Notes: generated from the letters alone by a model not told the origin. 64,000 nt of DNA from Phoronis australis (GCA_002633005.1 NMRA01000050.1:40317-104316); one strand, 5' to 3'; positions 34,801 through 46,464 are shown, numbered from the stretch's first letter. Numbers and translations are program-made.

Positions 34801-37800
34801 TGCTCGATATTACCTGAGCCTGCTAGCATTTTTCTCATCATCCTGTTGAACGTGGCCGCCGAATTTACCAAGCCAAACGGCATTCTGCGGAACTGGTAAC
34901 AGCCTCCTGGAGTCACAAATGCGGTCTTCTCTTTACTAGCCTCATCCATGGGAATTTGACTGTAGCCCTTTGTGAAGTCGAACTTCCAGAAGAAACGTTG
35001 ACCATGCAGATTAGCCATAATAGCTTCTGGGTTACCCATGGGCTCGTTGTCAAACTTGGTCACTGCATTCAGCCGTCGATAGTCAACACAGAATCTTGTG
35101 GTGCCATCCTTTTTTAGCCACCAACACTACAGGAGAGCTGTAAGCTGAAGTTGAAGGCTCAATGATGTTCATCTTTAACATCTCCTGCACTTCCTTCTTC
35201 ACTAGGTCCTGAGTGGTGTATGGCATCTGGCGTGGTCTCACTCTCACTGGTTGTTTTGTTGTCAACTCGATGACGTGGCTGGCTAAATCAGTCTCTCCAG
35301 GCTGATTGGTAAAGATGCCACGGTAATCATAAAGAAGCCATAGTGCCTGTTCACGTTGTTCTGACGTCAAGGAATCGCACATCTTAACGTTCTTGTAGGT
35401 TTCACTGTGAACTTCCGGTCGAAGCTCTAAACCGCCTTCATCAAGAAGGGTCGCTTCGTCAGTCACACACTCCTCAATTAACACCGCACCGATCGCTTCA
35501 TCTTTACCTGTGGCGTTGTCATCTTCGCGTTCGTGATACGCCTTCAACAGATTGGCATGGAAGATCTTAATCTTGCCGTTCACGTTGATTCTGTAGTCCA
35601 TACGATTGACTTTTTTGTGACTTCGTAAGGCCCCTTCCACTGCAGAGTAAGCTTGTTATGATCTGTGGGAAGTAATACCAACACTCTTTGTCCCACTTGA
35701 AACTGCCTATCTGTGGCCTTTTTGTCATAGTAATGCTTGTGAATAACCTGTGCTTTGTATAAACTTTTTCTAGCCAACTCGCAGGTCTCCTCTAAGCGGT
35801 TCCTGAGCTCGAAGACATACTGGTAAGTATTACGGACGTCGTTGCTGTCTTCCCCTGTCCAGAGTTCGCTCAGTATTTGCATCGGACCTTTTATTGTCCT
35901 GCCGTATAACAACTCAAAGGGTGAAAATCCTGTGCTTGATCGCGGGACTTCTCGGTAAGCAAATAGGACAGCCGGCAGATACCGGTCCCAATCCTTTGGT
36001 CTTTCTTGACACATTTTCTTCAGCATGGCCTTTAGAACACCGTTGATCCTCTCACAGAGCCCGTTACAGCGTGGATTGTAAGGGGTCGTGTACAGCTGCT
36101 TTGCACTCACAAGCCTGCTGACCTCCTTCATCAGTTCCGCTGCGAACTGCGTTCCACGATCACTCAGGATCTCTCGTGGGAACCCTACTCTACTGAAGAC
36201 TTCTAATAATGCTTCAGCCACACGCTCTGTCTCAATCTTAGGTAGCGCCACTGCTTCTGGATACCTGGTAGCGCCACTGCTTCTGGATACCTGGTAGCGA
36301 AATCTACCACCGTGAGTACATGTATGTATCTGTTTCCTTTGTCGGAAACTGGAGCTATAGGGCCAATCAGATCGATCGCGATCCTTTTGAAAGGCTCCTC
36401 CATCAAAAGCATCTCTCCCAGGGGTACCTTGGTCACTCGACCTTTCGGGCTTGTCTTCTGGCAGATGTCGCATGATCTGCAGAATCTGGTCTCTTCTGAT
36501 GCCACTCCTGGCCAATAGAAGTTGCTGGTGATACGGTCAGTTGTCTTCCTAACACCGAGGTGTCCACCGAGTACAGACTCATGAGCAAGCCTCATCACGG
36601 TCTTCCGTAAACTGCTCGGCACGACAACTTGTTTAACCTCGTCACCGTCTTTCTTTTTGAACATCCGATAGAGTATTCCCCTCTGAATCTCCATCACATA
36701 CGACCCCTTGCCTTTGGTCTGTCGCTTAACTTTGGCTTCAGCTTGCTCCCATAACTTTTTCATTGATGAATCTTCAGACTGGGCTTCTTTGAACTACTTT
36801 AGTCCCACTTCTTGTATGGTTGGGGACACAGCTAACGGTTTAACGTCCGATTTTTGTCGCTCTTCCTGAGCCCTGGTAGTCACTGCTACCGCTTCCCTGC
36901 TAGATTCATCAAGATCTGTCTCCACCGACTTGTCGGCCACCTCTTCTCCCTCTAGAGTTGAGGTCACTGGGTTCTTCTCTTGGGAAGTCGTACCCTTTTG
37001 AGAGTCATCTTTCGGGCCCTCCACAAGGCTATTGCCTGTATTATCCTCGTTGGCAATTGTTGCGCTCTGCTGTCGCTCAACATCGCCTGGGTCCAAGGCG
37101 CCAGGCACGTCCCCGATAATCAAATCGGCCACTGGACGCTCCATGCACATCGCAAACACTTCTCCTGTGTAGTAAGGTGTCTTGATGTTGATCTTTGCGA
37201 CAGGCAGCCATCTCTTGGTAGAGTCCGCCAGCTCGCATGACCACTTCCGGCAGGTCATATCTCCTGGTTCGACTAGACTGGATCGAACCACAATTGTCGT
37301 GCAGCCTGTGTCTCTCAACACTGAGACCTTCTTCATGCCAACATACCCCTCCATCAGACGCAGCTTTCCTTTGAAGGCGCGTTCAGGGTTAGCATGCTTC
37401 ACCGAATCCTTACTCTGAGAACCTCGGTGGCTGACCGCTGCTGACTTTTTGTGTTGCATCCCTTGTGTCCGCTTCCGACAGTCTCTAGCCAGATGTCCAG
37501 TTTTGTGACAGAAGAAACATCTTTCCCCTGCGAGGTCAGTTTTCTTCTGGTCGACTCTCTGGTTGTCCGTCTTGACTGGTCGTTCTTGGGATTTCTTTGA
37601 CTGAGTGCTCGTTATATCCACTCCATGGGCCTCAATATACCTCTCTGCTAAGCCCACCATCTCTGGAACAGTCTTGGGTGTCCGCTCTCGCAGGAACAAG
37701 GCCAAGTTTTTAGTACAGGTGTTAACGTACTGCTCACGCACTAACAGGTCTCTCAATTCAGCAAAGTCTTTGCCACAGTCGGACATGTCGATCCACCTGT

Positions 37801-40800
37801 CCAAGTAGCGCTGTATGCGGGCAACAAACTGATAAGCCGTTTCACCCCTTTCAGCCCTCGCTTCCCGGAATTGTCTGCGAAAGCCCTCCTCGGTCAGCTC
37901 ATAGCGCTTTAACAAGGCTCTTTTGAGTGAAGCATAGTCCAGTGCATCAGCCATAGGAAGGCTAGTATAAACCTGCAGGCCCTTACCTGTTAACAGGGGA
38001 CTGAGATTAATTGCCCATTCACTCTGTATCCAACCCTGACTCTCTGCGTATCTTTCAAATCTTTCCAGGAAGTTGTCCATGTCATCCTGCTTTTCGTCAA
38101 ACTTAGGTAGCTTCGGCTTTACACCACCAGTTGATCTAACATGGCTACCCTCCGCTGCAACCTGTTCAGCTTTCAGTGCGGCTAGCGCCCTCTCGTGTTC
38201 CATTCTTTCTCTCTCCATCTGCTGTTCGGCCTCTCGCGCCCTTTCTTCAGCCTCACGAGCTTGCCTTCTCAAATCCGACTCTCGCGCCTGCCTTCTCTCC
38301 TCCGCCTCAGCCTCTCGCGCCTGCCTTCTCTCCTCCGCCTCGGCCTCTCGCGCCTGCCTTCTCTCCTCCGCCTCAGCCTCAGCCTCAGCACGCGCCTCAA
38401 CTTGTTGTTTCTCAACAAACTGTCTGAGATTGTCTCCCTGCAGACCCATTTCTTGTCCGAGGGCCATCAACTCTCTTAGTTGAGATCTTGTCTCCATAGT
38501 GAGTTGCTAATTCCAACAGTCCACTTTATCACACCTTGTTACCGTCAGTAAGCTCCTGGCGTGATCGCCAATTGTCATGTTTTTCCCCGTGTGTGGTCGG
38601 GCGCAGGTTGTTACAGACCGGTGCTAATAGCTTTCGGTGCGAAGATTGACTGAAGACTGGTTCGAGTTAATCCTTTATTAATCCCGACCGTACGTTCACA
38701 AGCCTACTCAAACAAAACGTCCGACGTAATGTCTGTTTATGCTCCAGTCAGTGCTGCGAAGCCTTGACTTGTATTGAACTTCTGAGATACTTCCAGCAAC
38801 TGTTACACTCGATTCAATAACCTGCTGTCTCTATAGCTGGCTCTCTATTGACTATCGCTGTAACTGCTGATTCTCTTCACTGCAACTCAACTGTAGTTCT
38901 CCTGATTAACTTTCTTGAACTTACTTGATCTGACTTGATCTCCCGACTTGATCTTATCTTGAACTCAGCTCGCTTAATATGACTAACACAAACCCGTGCT
39001 TGTGTTTTTATAGCCTAATGCATTGTTCTGGAACTTTTCATCAATTCAAGCACATACCAGAACTTTCTGGAACCTACCCAACCATTCTACAAACATGTAC
39101 TAGTCTCTAGAATATTCCAGACTGCATTAATCACTGTCATGCTAGAGTCTTCTAGAAAGTTCCACACTATACTGTAGTAAACAAATTACATCATCACTAT
39201 TCTGACCTCAGTCTTCTAGAAAGTTCCACACTAGTTTGTAGTAAACAAATTACATCATCATTGCACTTAACTCAGGGGTCATGTCGATCAAACTGAATAA
39301 CAAAACAAAACAAAACAATACAACTAAAAATACTGTCAGACCATATTCTGACACGGTTGTTATTAACATACAAAGCAATGCAACCAAAACAACTTATATG
39401 TTGTTGCTACTGTGCCCTTCCAGATCGTCATACTGATATTTCTGCGGCGATGTTTAGTTAAATTTGATACTACTGCAATTCATTTGCTACTGAGGACACT
39501 TGACAGTAAACTGTTTCACTATTATACCTAACATGTGACATTGGCATTGTAAAGGCAACTCTATGAAACGGTTAACAGTTCATCTTCATTACTTCGGGTA
39601 TTATTCATTCCAAATCTCACCGCCAAGCTCATCACAATAAGTTGCGATTTTATTTGGTGAATTTATGCCCCCTCCCACCCCATCTATCACGTTTTCAAAT
39701 GCAGTGACTGAACAACACCATAGAAAAACTATTTTGCGGATGGACTGAGGCGATTTGGAGTATAAAATCACTTCCCAGGCACATCCGCTCTTGGGTTTGA
39801 CCGAATGAAAGAGCAACTCAGGTCACACGCAATGTGTTCATGTACACGTCAATTTTAGAGTTGGCAAAACTGAGAAAACTGTGAATAACTGCTTCGATGA
39901 TCTTGATATTCTTCATTTTTGTTGATGAGGAGATGGAATCCTATCAGTGTACCGACTATTATGAGACTAAACGCCAGGTATGACAACAGGCAGCTTAAAA
40001 CAACCTTTCTTTGTTACCAGGTTACAAAAATACAAGTTTCAATGGTAAATTACTTCCCGCTTTGACCCATTAATGTATTCCCGTGGGAGACAACGATTTC
40101 CCGGGAAACACGTTGGTACGCTGCATCTCTCACATTTGTGGTATGGTTCACGACACTGCATGAGGGACGACCAGCAGCAGAAGACTTGAATATAGCAGGT
40201 TCGTTTTGTGAGTTAGTAGAGTTTAATGCTCGAAATGTGGAATTAACACCTATGTGTTGTTGGTAATGTCGACCCGTTATCACTTCACGTTTAACCTAAA
40301 GCTTACCGGCCATCTTGGAAGTGATACGTTGAGCGGGTTTGAAATGCCACCGATGCTTTCTGTGAACACGATCTCGTTTGCCACAACGTCTTTGGAGACG
40401 AAACGCCCATACGAACAAGACTTCATGTCAGTCGAAGATCTGGAAATAAAATCGTTATTTAAATATTTTCCATCAGAATATTTGAATATATGATCCACGA
40501 TGCAAATGCTGAACTCCAGGGCAACTAGCTGCACTCATTACGGGAAATTTTCAGTGCAAGACTCACTCAAGTTCATTCCACACTCCTATCCAGAAATCAC
40601 AAATTGTGGCTCGGTTTTACTGTGATGAATTATGCTTTCTGATGGTCATTTTTTAGATGGACTAGTCAACAAACTATGCATGTTAAATTGCAACCAGTTT
40701 TGAACAAAATTACAACCAAAAACATATCCCTACAGCTGATTGTGCACGAATTTCGAATTTTGGTTTTAAGGTGAAGGATTCGGATTTTCGTCAACCAAAG

Positions 40801-43800
40801 GTGTAATGAGATAGGATGCTACAAAGATGATCAAAATTGGAATTTTTCAAGGGTCCTACATAATCTTAAATTTCAACACCTTAGTGTCTCGAGATAGGGC
40901 AAAGTGAGGCGTCACAATGACAAGAGCTTTGTCTTGTGCTTTGTTTCCAACAGGGGAAACTGCTTGACAAAGGGAAACTCACAGATCCCAGCGGTTAAAA
41001 AGCCTAATCAAGGAAGTTGATTCAAAGTAAAACATAACTTTCAGGACGAAGATACTATTCACACCATATGTGTCATGGCCTGCAAACACAATAGATAATC
41101 AATCTGACAAACATGCGCAGTAAAAGTAGCAAGGCTAGTAAAATAAAAATAGCCTGTAGGATCTGCACAGCGAGACAGCATTGCTCTCGACAGTCGCGGA
41201 ACACACCGACCACCTTTTATTGTGGCTGCGCTTTGGAGGATGGGAAGTGGGCAACAAACAGCTTATAAACAAAACAATAAAAAGACCACTGTGTCTGCAA
41301 TGGGAGACTTTCTGGAAGCAGTGGGTGTTAATCACGTGGGACTGGTGACTCATATCGCCACCTAGCTGAACTAGAAGTTACTTTGTCTTCGCAGCTGCTG
41401 GCGTAGCGGAACAGTTTGACTTTGCGAAAAAACAGTTACAGTCTATGTGATTGTATGGAATTTGTTTTAAACACAATTTATAAAATAACCCCTAGTGCTC
41501 TAGAGATCATTGGTAACCGATACCACGTGATCCAGTCACCAAGTTTGTATTTGAGTCTCCTATTCAGGCAGGGCTTGCGCCTGAGTCTACACGGACATCC
41601 GTAGGGAATTTGACAGATACCAAGAAAGATTGTTGCTAGAGAGCCCCCAATTTGGCGAATTGTGCAAAAAAAGTCCGCCTCACTGAGACAAAAGACCACA
41701 AAATCTACCGTGGTTCTGAACCTAGTGGCCCCGTTTTTTTTTTTTTGGTCCACGTTGATTTCTTTCAGTAAAAGGTCGCATATTGGAAAATTCGAGCCCA
41801 CCCCCCTATATTTTACGCTAGGTGCGCGCATGAGGGGGAATCTACATTAGTTGAATCTGGCCTGAAATCCAAACCAATTGTACTCTTCTTACGTAGAGTT
41901 TGGTGGATCTTGAGCAACACGGAAAAATGCCAACAGAGTGCGCCACAGGAACAGTTATTAAAGCCAACAATGTCTGTACAAGGTAACCAGGTGAGACCTG
42001 CATTTTAATTAAAGACAATAAAAAGTAGAAGGGTTCCCCTTTAAAGACACTCTTTTCGGCCGGGAAAGTTGATTCCGTGTTTGATTAAAAATGTTAATGA
42101 ATTTTTCTAACATCCATGGCATTGATAATTTAATATTTTTCGACATGCCTGCCTGTATGTTGGCCAAATATAATCAACGGATAATTCCAATATCAAGACA
42201 CAGTGCAGGGAACACCAAATCGAGTAGGTATTGGCACAAGACACATGAATTGTGGTGAAATCCTTCTATCCCTGATATTTCGGCATATCGGTCCCGTGGG
42301 CACACAGAACCGCGCATGATCCCATTTTGTTACCATTTCGTTCATATCTTATCTCGTCAATGGAAGTATGCTATCCCTCAAGCTGAGAGCGAGATAATTA
42401 TATGTCCGAACAAGTAACGACAGTTATATAACATATTATTGTGTTAGGGTGCAACCCATATTTTCGTGGGGAGACGCTACTGTACCAAACTGTCGTGTGC
42501 AATAAGTTTAAATCTCCAAAAGAGTGTCATAGCCTACGTTACACAACAAACACCAAGATAGTTACACGCAACACTGTAAATACATATTGCACTAGTTAAT
42601 GTTTCAAATGGTTAATCTTTCTTTGCTTGTTTACCAAGTCTTTGTTTAGAGGGATGAGGGTTCAACAGCATCTTTTTCGAATCCTTTACAAACAACAAGC
42701 AATTGTCAACTACTTTTTATTTTCTGTATGCAAGTTTTGAAATGATTTTGAGAATCTGTTTATAAATGGACTTTTCGCAGTTTACTTTTTGCTTAGATTA
42801 CATAAAGATTTCTACAAAGTGGGTCCAGATTAGTAAGCAGCCTGTGAAAGTCAGATTAGTAAGCGGCCTGTGAAAGTCAGATTAGTAAGCAGCCTGTGAA
42901 AGTCAGATTAGTAAGCAGCCTGTGAAAGTCAGATTAGTAAGCAGCCTGTGAAAGTCAGATTTGCCAGAGAGGCAAACTGGAGGTGTAGTGTGCTGGCGTG
43001 AGTTTGTTTGAACGCGAGAAAATAAATGCGTCTGTAAGAAATATAAACAGTCTCAAAAATGAAGAATAACTGTTATGTGAACGAATGTTGTGCGTTTCTG
43101 GTTGATCACAAATTTCAGTCGTGGCAGTACAAAATAATTCATATTTCGCGTTTCCATTAGTGTACCTGTAACTCGTTTTCCTTTATCCATACTTATCGAG
43201 TTCCAAGCGAGGTAAGTTTTCTATATGACGAAATCGTTTAGCATAAGCGGCTATAAACTTCCCTTGCACCAAGGTCGTTGAGTCTTCATTGAGGTCACTA
43301 ACCGCCATAAAATTTACATTGTCTTGTTTTTGACACGGGACTTTTTCTGGATTTGCACAGAACTGACTGAACGTTAATGCTTGACACTATACTCAGAGCA
43401 AACAATAACAGGCCTGTGGAGACTAGTGCCCTGGCATCAGCTCATATTTGTAGTTTGCGATGGAAGGGGGGAGTCGCAGAGGGCTCGGGGGCCGGGGGGG
43501 GGNGGGGGAGTGAGGGTCATGACTGCTTATAAGTAACTTCCTATTTGCACGACGAGAGATGAGAACTCTACAAAGATCTATTGAGATAATAATGCAATTG
43601 GTTGCCCACGGAAAACTTTGGTGAAATCCTTGACGATCACCTAAGCGTTCATCACGAAAAACGGAAAAGCCTTTGTACTGCAGAAAGCCACAGATTTTCA
43701 CGGGGATTGTGTAAACGTCCTCAAACGTGAAAGTTTGAAAGTTTGGTTATTATTTATATTGGTTGCTTCAACGTATCTTGGATAATATTTCAAACGCTTC

Positions 43801-44042
43801 TATAAATCCGTGAATGTTGCTTTCAGAAATGAAGCTTTTTATTAAATATACCTGGGGTGCGTGGAGTTGTCGATGCAGATAATAAACCTGTGGTCACACT
43901 GACCAGCCAGGAAATAACAGAAGCCAAAATGTAGAAATCCGTCGCAACATTCTCCCGAGGCCACTTTCCGTTCGAAGTTCGCAAACCGGATCAAATCCAA
44001 CTTGAACGTGGCGCTTGACGTGGTGGAAGGCACCAGTGCAAA
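21267..44042 (-). CDS. Delta/Serrate-like (Notch-ligand-family) gene: MNNL/C2 - DSL - EGF - mucin-like PTS stalk - EGF; first and last exons unresolved
   Basis: Exons 44042-43852, 40439-40307, 29582-29437, 24251-24115, 23124-22985 and 22850-21267 all have AG/GT ends and compatible phases (0/2/0/2/1/0/0) with no stops. Confidence 0.85.
21391..22510. repeat. 75-bp coding tandem repeat (~15 units, central ~10 nearly identical)
   Basis: Unit gttgttggtggagtcgttgtaggggtagtggaaggggtggtcgtaggggacgttgtagtggttgaaggtgcggta. Confidence 0.95.
22985..23124 (-). CDS. End of DSL plus EGF exon (Delta-like gene)
   Basis: GRVGPNCREISTCIRNPCKGRGKCSAGKTYTEYRCKCYPGFTGRNCQ; this frame is not in the ORF track. Confidence 0.85.
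23597..23757. mobile_element. MITE (same family as 2529 and 32404), TSD GTCGC
   Basis: GTCGC at 23592-23596 and 23758-23762; shared internal sequence. Confidence 0.65.
24115..24251 (-). CDS. DSL-domain exon (Delta-like gene)
   Basis: LEVDMTVSCDLDYYGEDCSVYCKPQNGPSGSFSCNKKTGEKICLS matches the DSL cysteine and YYG pattern. Confidence 0.85.
24548..29302 (-). mobile_element. Degenerate, internally deleted Gmr1-type Gypsy LTR retrotransposon (RT-RNaseH only), interrupted by a P-like element
   Basis: Frameshifted RT (HYVDD, IDLSKGYWQ) and RH at ~24965-26250. 89-bp LTR ends 24763-24851 and 29214-29302 match and end in TGACA. PPT GAGGAGGGG at 24858-24866. Left boundary (TGTCAG at 24548) is tentative. 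Confidence 0.75.
26253..29149 (+). mobile_element. P-superfamily (THAP) DNA transposon remnant
   Basis: Imperfect TIRs CAAGGAGTGTA..AGTATAGGAGAGTTC / GAACTCTCCTATACTCGTACACTCCTTG. 7-bp TSD ATGGGTC at 26246-26252 and 29150-29156. THAP motif KLCSHHFEESMF...TIFDVPNPP at ~27170-27325. Confidence 0.8.
29437..29582 (-). CDS. MNNL/C2 exon (Delta-like gene)
   Basis: GIIQVKIEVIDADIPPFKQLVDRYVYNFTG...; AG/GT ends, phase 0 to 2. Confidence 0.75.
30700..30965. repeat. Low-complexity array of degenerate AAAACTTAAGTTTT palindromes
   Basis: Repeated aaaacttaagtt/aaaacttcagtt motifs. Confidence 0.6.
32404..32569. mobile_element. MITE (same family, opposite orientation), TSD AGAAT
   Basis: CAGTGGCGGAT...ATCCGCTTCTG flanked by AGAAT on both sides. 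Confidence 0.7.
33106..33886 (-). repeat. 3' LTR
   Basis: TGTCA...TGACA; about 15 substitutions versus the other LTR by manual count. Confidence 0.95.
33972..35640 (-). pseudogene. pol: Reverse transcriptase and RNase H of the Gmr1-type element (frameshifted)
   Basis: SAYSSPVVLV, MPFGLVNSAATF, YVDD, TDASNDGLGAVL, TDHKPL, split across three ORFs. Confidence 0.9.
35580..36793 (-). pseudogene. Integrase (HHCC, DDE, GPY) of the Gmr1-type element, frameshifted by a 26-bp duplication
   Basis: HESVLGGHLG...CDIC, IDLIGP, SDRGTQF, ERING, WKGPY. Duplicated ggtagcgccactgcttctggatacct at 36241-36292. Confidence 0.9.
36794..38497 (-). CDS. gag: Gag (coiled-coil, SCAN-like capsid, CCHC knuckle) and aspartic protease of the Gmr1-type element
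   Basis: 567-aa ORF with CFFCHKTGHLARDC, LRDTGCTT and 33-bp REAEAEERRQA repeats. Its TAG is in frame with the downstream integrase. Confidence 0.9.
   Translation of the reverse strand: METRSQLRELMALGQEMGLQGDNLRQFVEKQQVEARAEAEAEAEERRQAREAEAEERRQAREAEAEERRQARESDLRRQAREAEERAREAEQQMERERMEHERALAALKAEQVAAEGSHVRSTGGVKPKLPKFDEKQDDMDNFLERFERYAESQGWIQSEWAINLSPLLTGKGLQVYTSLPMADALDYASLKRALLKRYELTEEGFRRQFREARAERGETAYQFVARIQRYLDRWIDMSDCGKDFAELRDLLVREQYVNTCTKNLALFLRERTPKTVPEMVGLAERYIEAHGVDITSTQSKKSQERPVKTDNQRVDQKKTDLAGERCFFCHKTGHLARDCRKRTQGMQHKKSAAVSHRGSQSKDSVKHANPERAFKGKLRLMEGYVGMKKVSVLRDTGCTTIVVRSSLVEPGDMTCRKWSCELADSTKRWLPVAKINIKTPYYTGEVFAMCMERPVADLIIGDVPGALDPGDVERQQSATIANEDNTGNSLVEGPKDDSQKGTTSQEKNPVTSTLEGEEVADKSVETDLDESSREAVAVTTRAQEERQKSDVKPLAVSPTIQEVGLK
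38553..38570 (-). promoter_or_regulatory. Primer-binding site, probably tRNA-Arg
   Basis: TGGCGATCACGCCAGGAG lies 2 nt from the 5' LTR and is complementary to a tRNA 3' end resembling tRNA-Arg(ACG) (...CTCCTGGC..GATCGCCA). Confidence 0.75.
38573..39353 (-). repeat. 5' LTR
   Basis: TGTCA...TGACA, followed by TSD CGGTT at 39354-39358. Confidence 0.95.
40307..40439 (-). CDS. MNNL/C2 exon (Delta-like gene)
   Basis: SSTDMKSCSYGRFVSKDVVANEIVFTESIGGISNPLNVSLPRWP matches the C.yG...NP......WP motif of Notch ligands. Confidence 0.85.
42826..42961. repeat. 26-bp minisatellite, ~5 copies
   Basis: cagattagtaagcagcctgtgaaagt repeated head to tail. Confidence 0.95.
43852..44042 (-). CDS. N-terminal MNNL/C2 exon (Delta-like gene)
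   Basis: SATFKLDLIRFANFERKVASGECCDG...CDHRFIICI matches the F.L.L..F.N......G.CC motif of Delta/Jagged N-termini. Confidence 0.85.
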
Positions 44043-46464
44043 CTGAAATTCAAAATTCTTGTGTGAGACGACATTGCAATTAAACACATAAGCATTCCCA
44101 TCATGACTCTGTGTTTCGAAAAGAATTTTATTCAAGCATCTTAGAAAATTTAAGTCCTTAGTATACCTGTTGCTAAGAAACAAGCCAAAAATTAAAAATG
44201 TCTGTTGTACGTAATGGGTTGAAGACCGTGTCCGCCTTTGTAATTTTTACCTGAGGAGCTCTGCGGGAAGTCGCAGACATGTAAATGTACGTTTGTGGAA
44301 GTTGCAGTAACAACTTAAGTGATAACGTCTCTCCACTGTGTTCTAATTTCCTAAATACGTGGAAGTTGCACAGAAATGGCACCGGTTTGTTCGCTGCACG
44401 TGGAATGTCAGTGTGAAACATGCGATTCAACGGCAGCCACACTTTGTTCGGCACATTAATTATGAACGATTTCTTGAAATAAATCGGTAAATTCTGCCTT
44501 GAAAAACAACAGTCCAAGTTCCCGACTGGTGGCATGACGGCATCTCTTTTGAAGGAATAATCTATTCCACAGACCAAATGTTCAACGAGACAATACCAAT
44601 AATTTTCAGTAAGGAAAGTGACGTTAAAAAACATTTTGAGGCAAAACGGCACTTCTTTTTAAAAAGGAGGAATAATTCTGTTAAGCAAAGCTTGGTATTC
44701 GCTCACTTTCGCAGGTGTATGGCGTGAACAGTATCGTTTCATTAAAATTTTTGTAGGAACTTACCGACATGTCTGTTTAATCAACCGAGAATCTTCAAAC
44801 CAATTTATTTTAAGTCAGTAAAATCATACTTATTCTGGAAGCTGGAAGACTATTGAATTTGATTTTTACCTATTCAACCTGCCAATAAGTGGGCTACGTG
44901 ACCATGTGATTTTAATAAAATTTAGCGACAAAAAGGTAAGGTCCACAGTAGATAAACGCTAAATCAATAATATGAGTAAATTTCGTTTAATGCAATTGTT
45001 CTAGATAAAATCTCCAAACCAGTATAATTTTCTAAATTATAGTTTTCTTTTGGTTTTATGCAAATTTTAAGGGTTCAATAAAAGAATGAATTCACTTTAT
45101 TCGATATCCTCCTTTCAAAAGTGGAACATTCATCTAAAACCTTTCACTGACACTTCATGTTTGTCAGTTTGGTGCATTATATTAGATAATCGCTATTTTT
45201 CTCATTTCATTCTAAATTATATCCATCTGAACCCCAACAAATACTTACCAAGACTAACAGAAATGTCAAGAACTTCATATCACATTTACTAGAAGGTCGA
45301 ATGTCAATACGTGCCAATGTTAACAACAAAATGAGTAAAATACCGCAACTACCGACAGTTCTAAACTATAGACATGAACGTTTAAAATTTCACATAAACG
45401 CTTTGCAGAATATGGTGTATTGTAAACTAGTCGCACAAGATTTACACGGAATATTTAACTCAACTTCATGCTGTACATTCGCTGCAATGAAAAAATACAT
45501 TTTTTGTACTCAAAATGAGTTTACAATCCATGGCACTTAATTGAATTTTCTCGGTTTTTCTTGCGTAACCTTGAACGTTATGATGTAAGAGCGAATTTTA
45601 TCGGAGATCTCATATCACTGAGTGTGTAATCTTCTAATCCAAATTCGTTTCGCACTCAGCGGCTAGAAACTTAACTGATCATGTACACATGTAACGCTAC
45701 TGGAGAACAAACTTTAACGTGGGCGCTAGACGAAGCTTTTCCAAGCAATTGATCAGTTTTCGACAGAAGGCTTTCCGTTACAGATATTCGATCTCTGGCG
45801 CTGATATGCATATAATTGCTTCCCAGGATCACCACATGCATAACACCTTACATGTACACATATTAACTTAAAAGACGAGGGAGGCAGACGTCGCAGTGAA
45901 TGCCGGCAACTGTTTTATTGACGCAATGCAAAACCCATGTTCCTATCGGATACGTCTGTAGGTCAAACCACTGTCTAACCAAGTTTGCACCCCACCGTCT
46001 ACCTGATGCTGTCATTCACATGTTTAAGACGTGCACTCCGTCAAACTGATGCTGCCATTCATGTGTCTAAGCTGTGCACCCCGTCAACCAAGGCGTATCG
46101 CATAGTACCGAACGGTTGAACTTATTTTGAGTTCAATGTACAGTGAGAACTGAATTGTGTTTTGTTACATTTCCTTCACTGACAATCATGAGTTGAAAAC
46201 TTATTGCGTCATTCACTGCTCCCGAAAAAAGTTCAGAGTCGATGCCATTGTTTGTAAAGTGTCACAGAAAGGCCCCAGCATATCCCAGCAAACCTTGGTT
46301 CAGCCTGTTTAGGGCACACTGTATTGCCCCATTATTAGTTGGGATCTAATGTACCGTGTACGACCTTTTGTACAGCGCAGCAGAAGATAACTGACTTTCA
46401 GGGAACTACTTTCTCAAAGAGGTCATTCACAACTGCTGCTATTGTTGTTTAACAATTAACTTAC

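Larger units (their letters stand above)
33106..39353 (-). mobile_element. Full-length Gmr1-type Ty3/Gypsy LTR retrotransposon (gag-PR-IN-RT-RH), recently inactivated
   Basis: Two 781-bp TG...CA LTRs, 5-bp TSD CGGTT, PBS, PPT. All domains are present with IN upstream of RT. Confidence 0.95.

Noticed and set aside
38073-38483. Overlapping + strand ORFs
   Set aside because: Antisense to the repetitive gag coiled-coil region.
42826-42961. Short direct repeats as a possible CRISPR array (also 58311-58419 and 59446-59605)
   Set aside because: Head-to-tail units without unique spacers, no cas genes, eukaryotic intronic context.
44765-44770. ATGTCG|gtaagt on the - strand as the first exon of the Delta-like gene
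   Set aside because: Phase fits but gives no convincing signal peptide; unsupported without transcripts.
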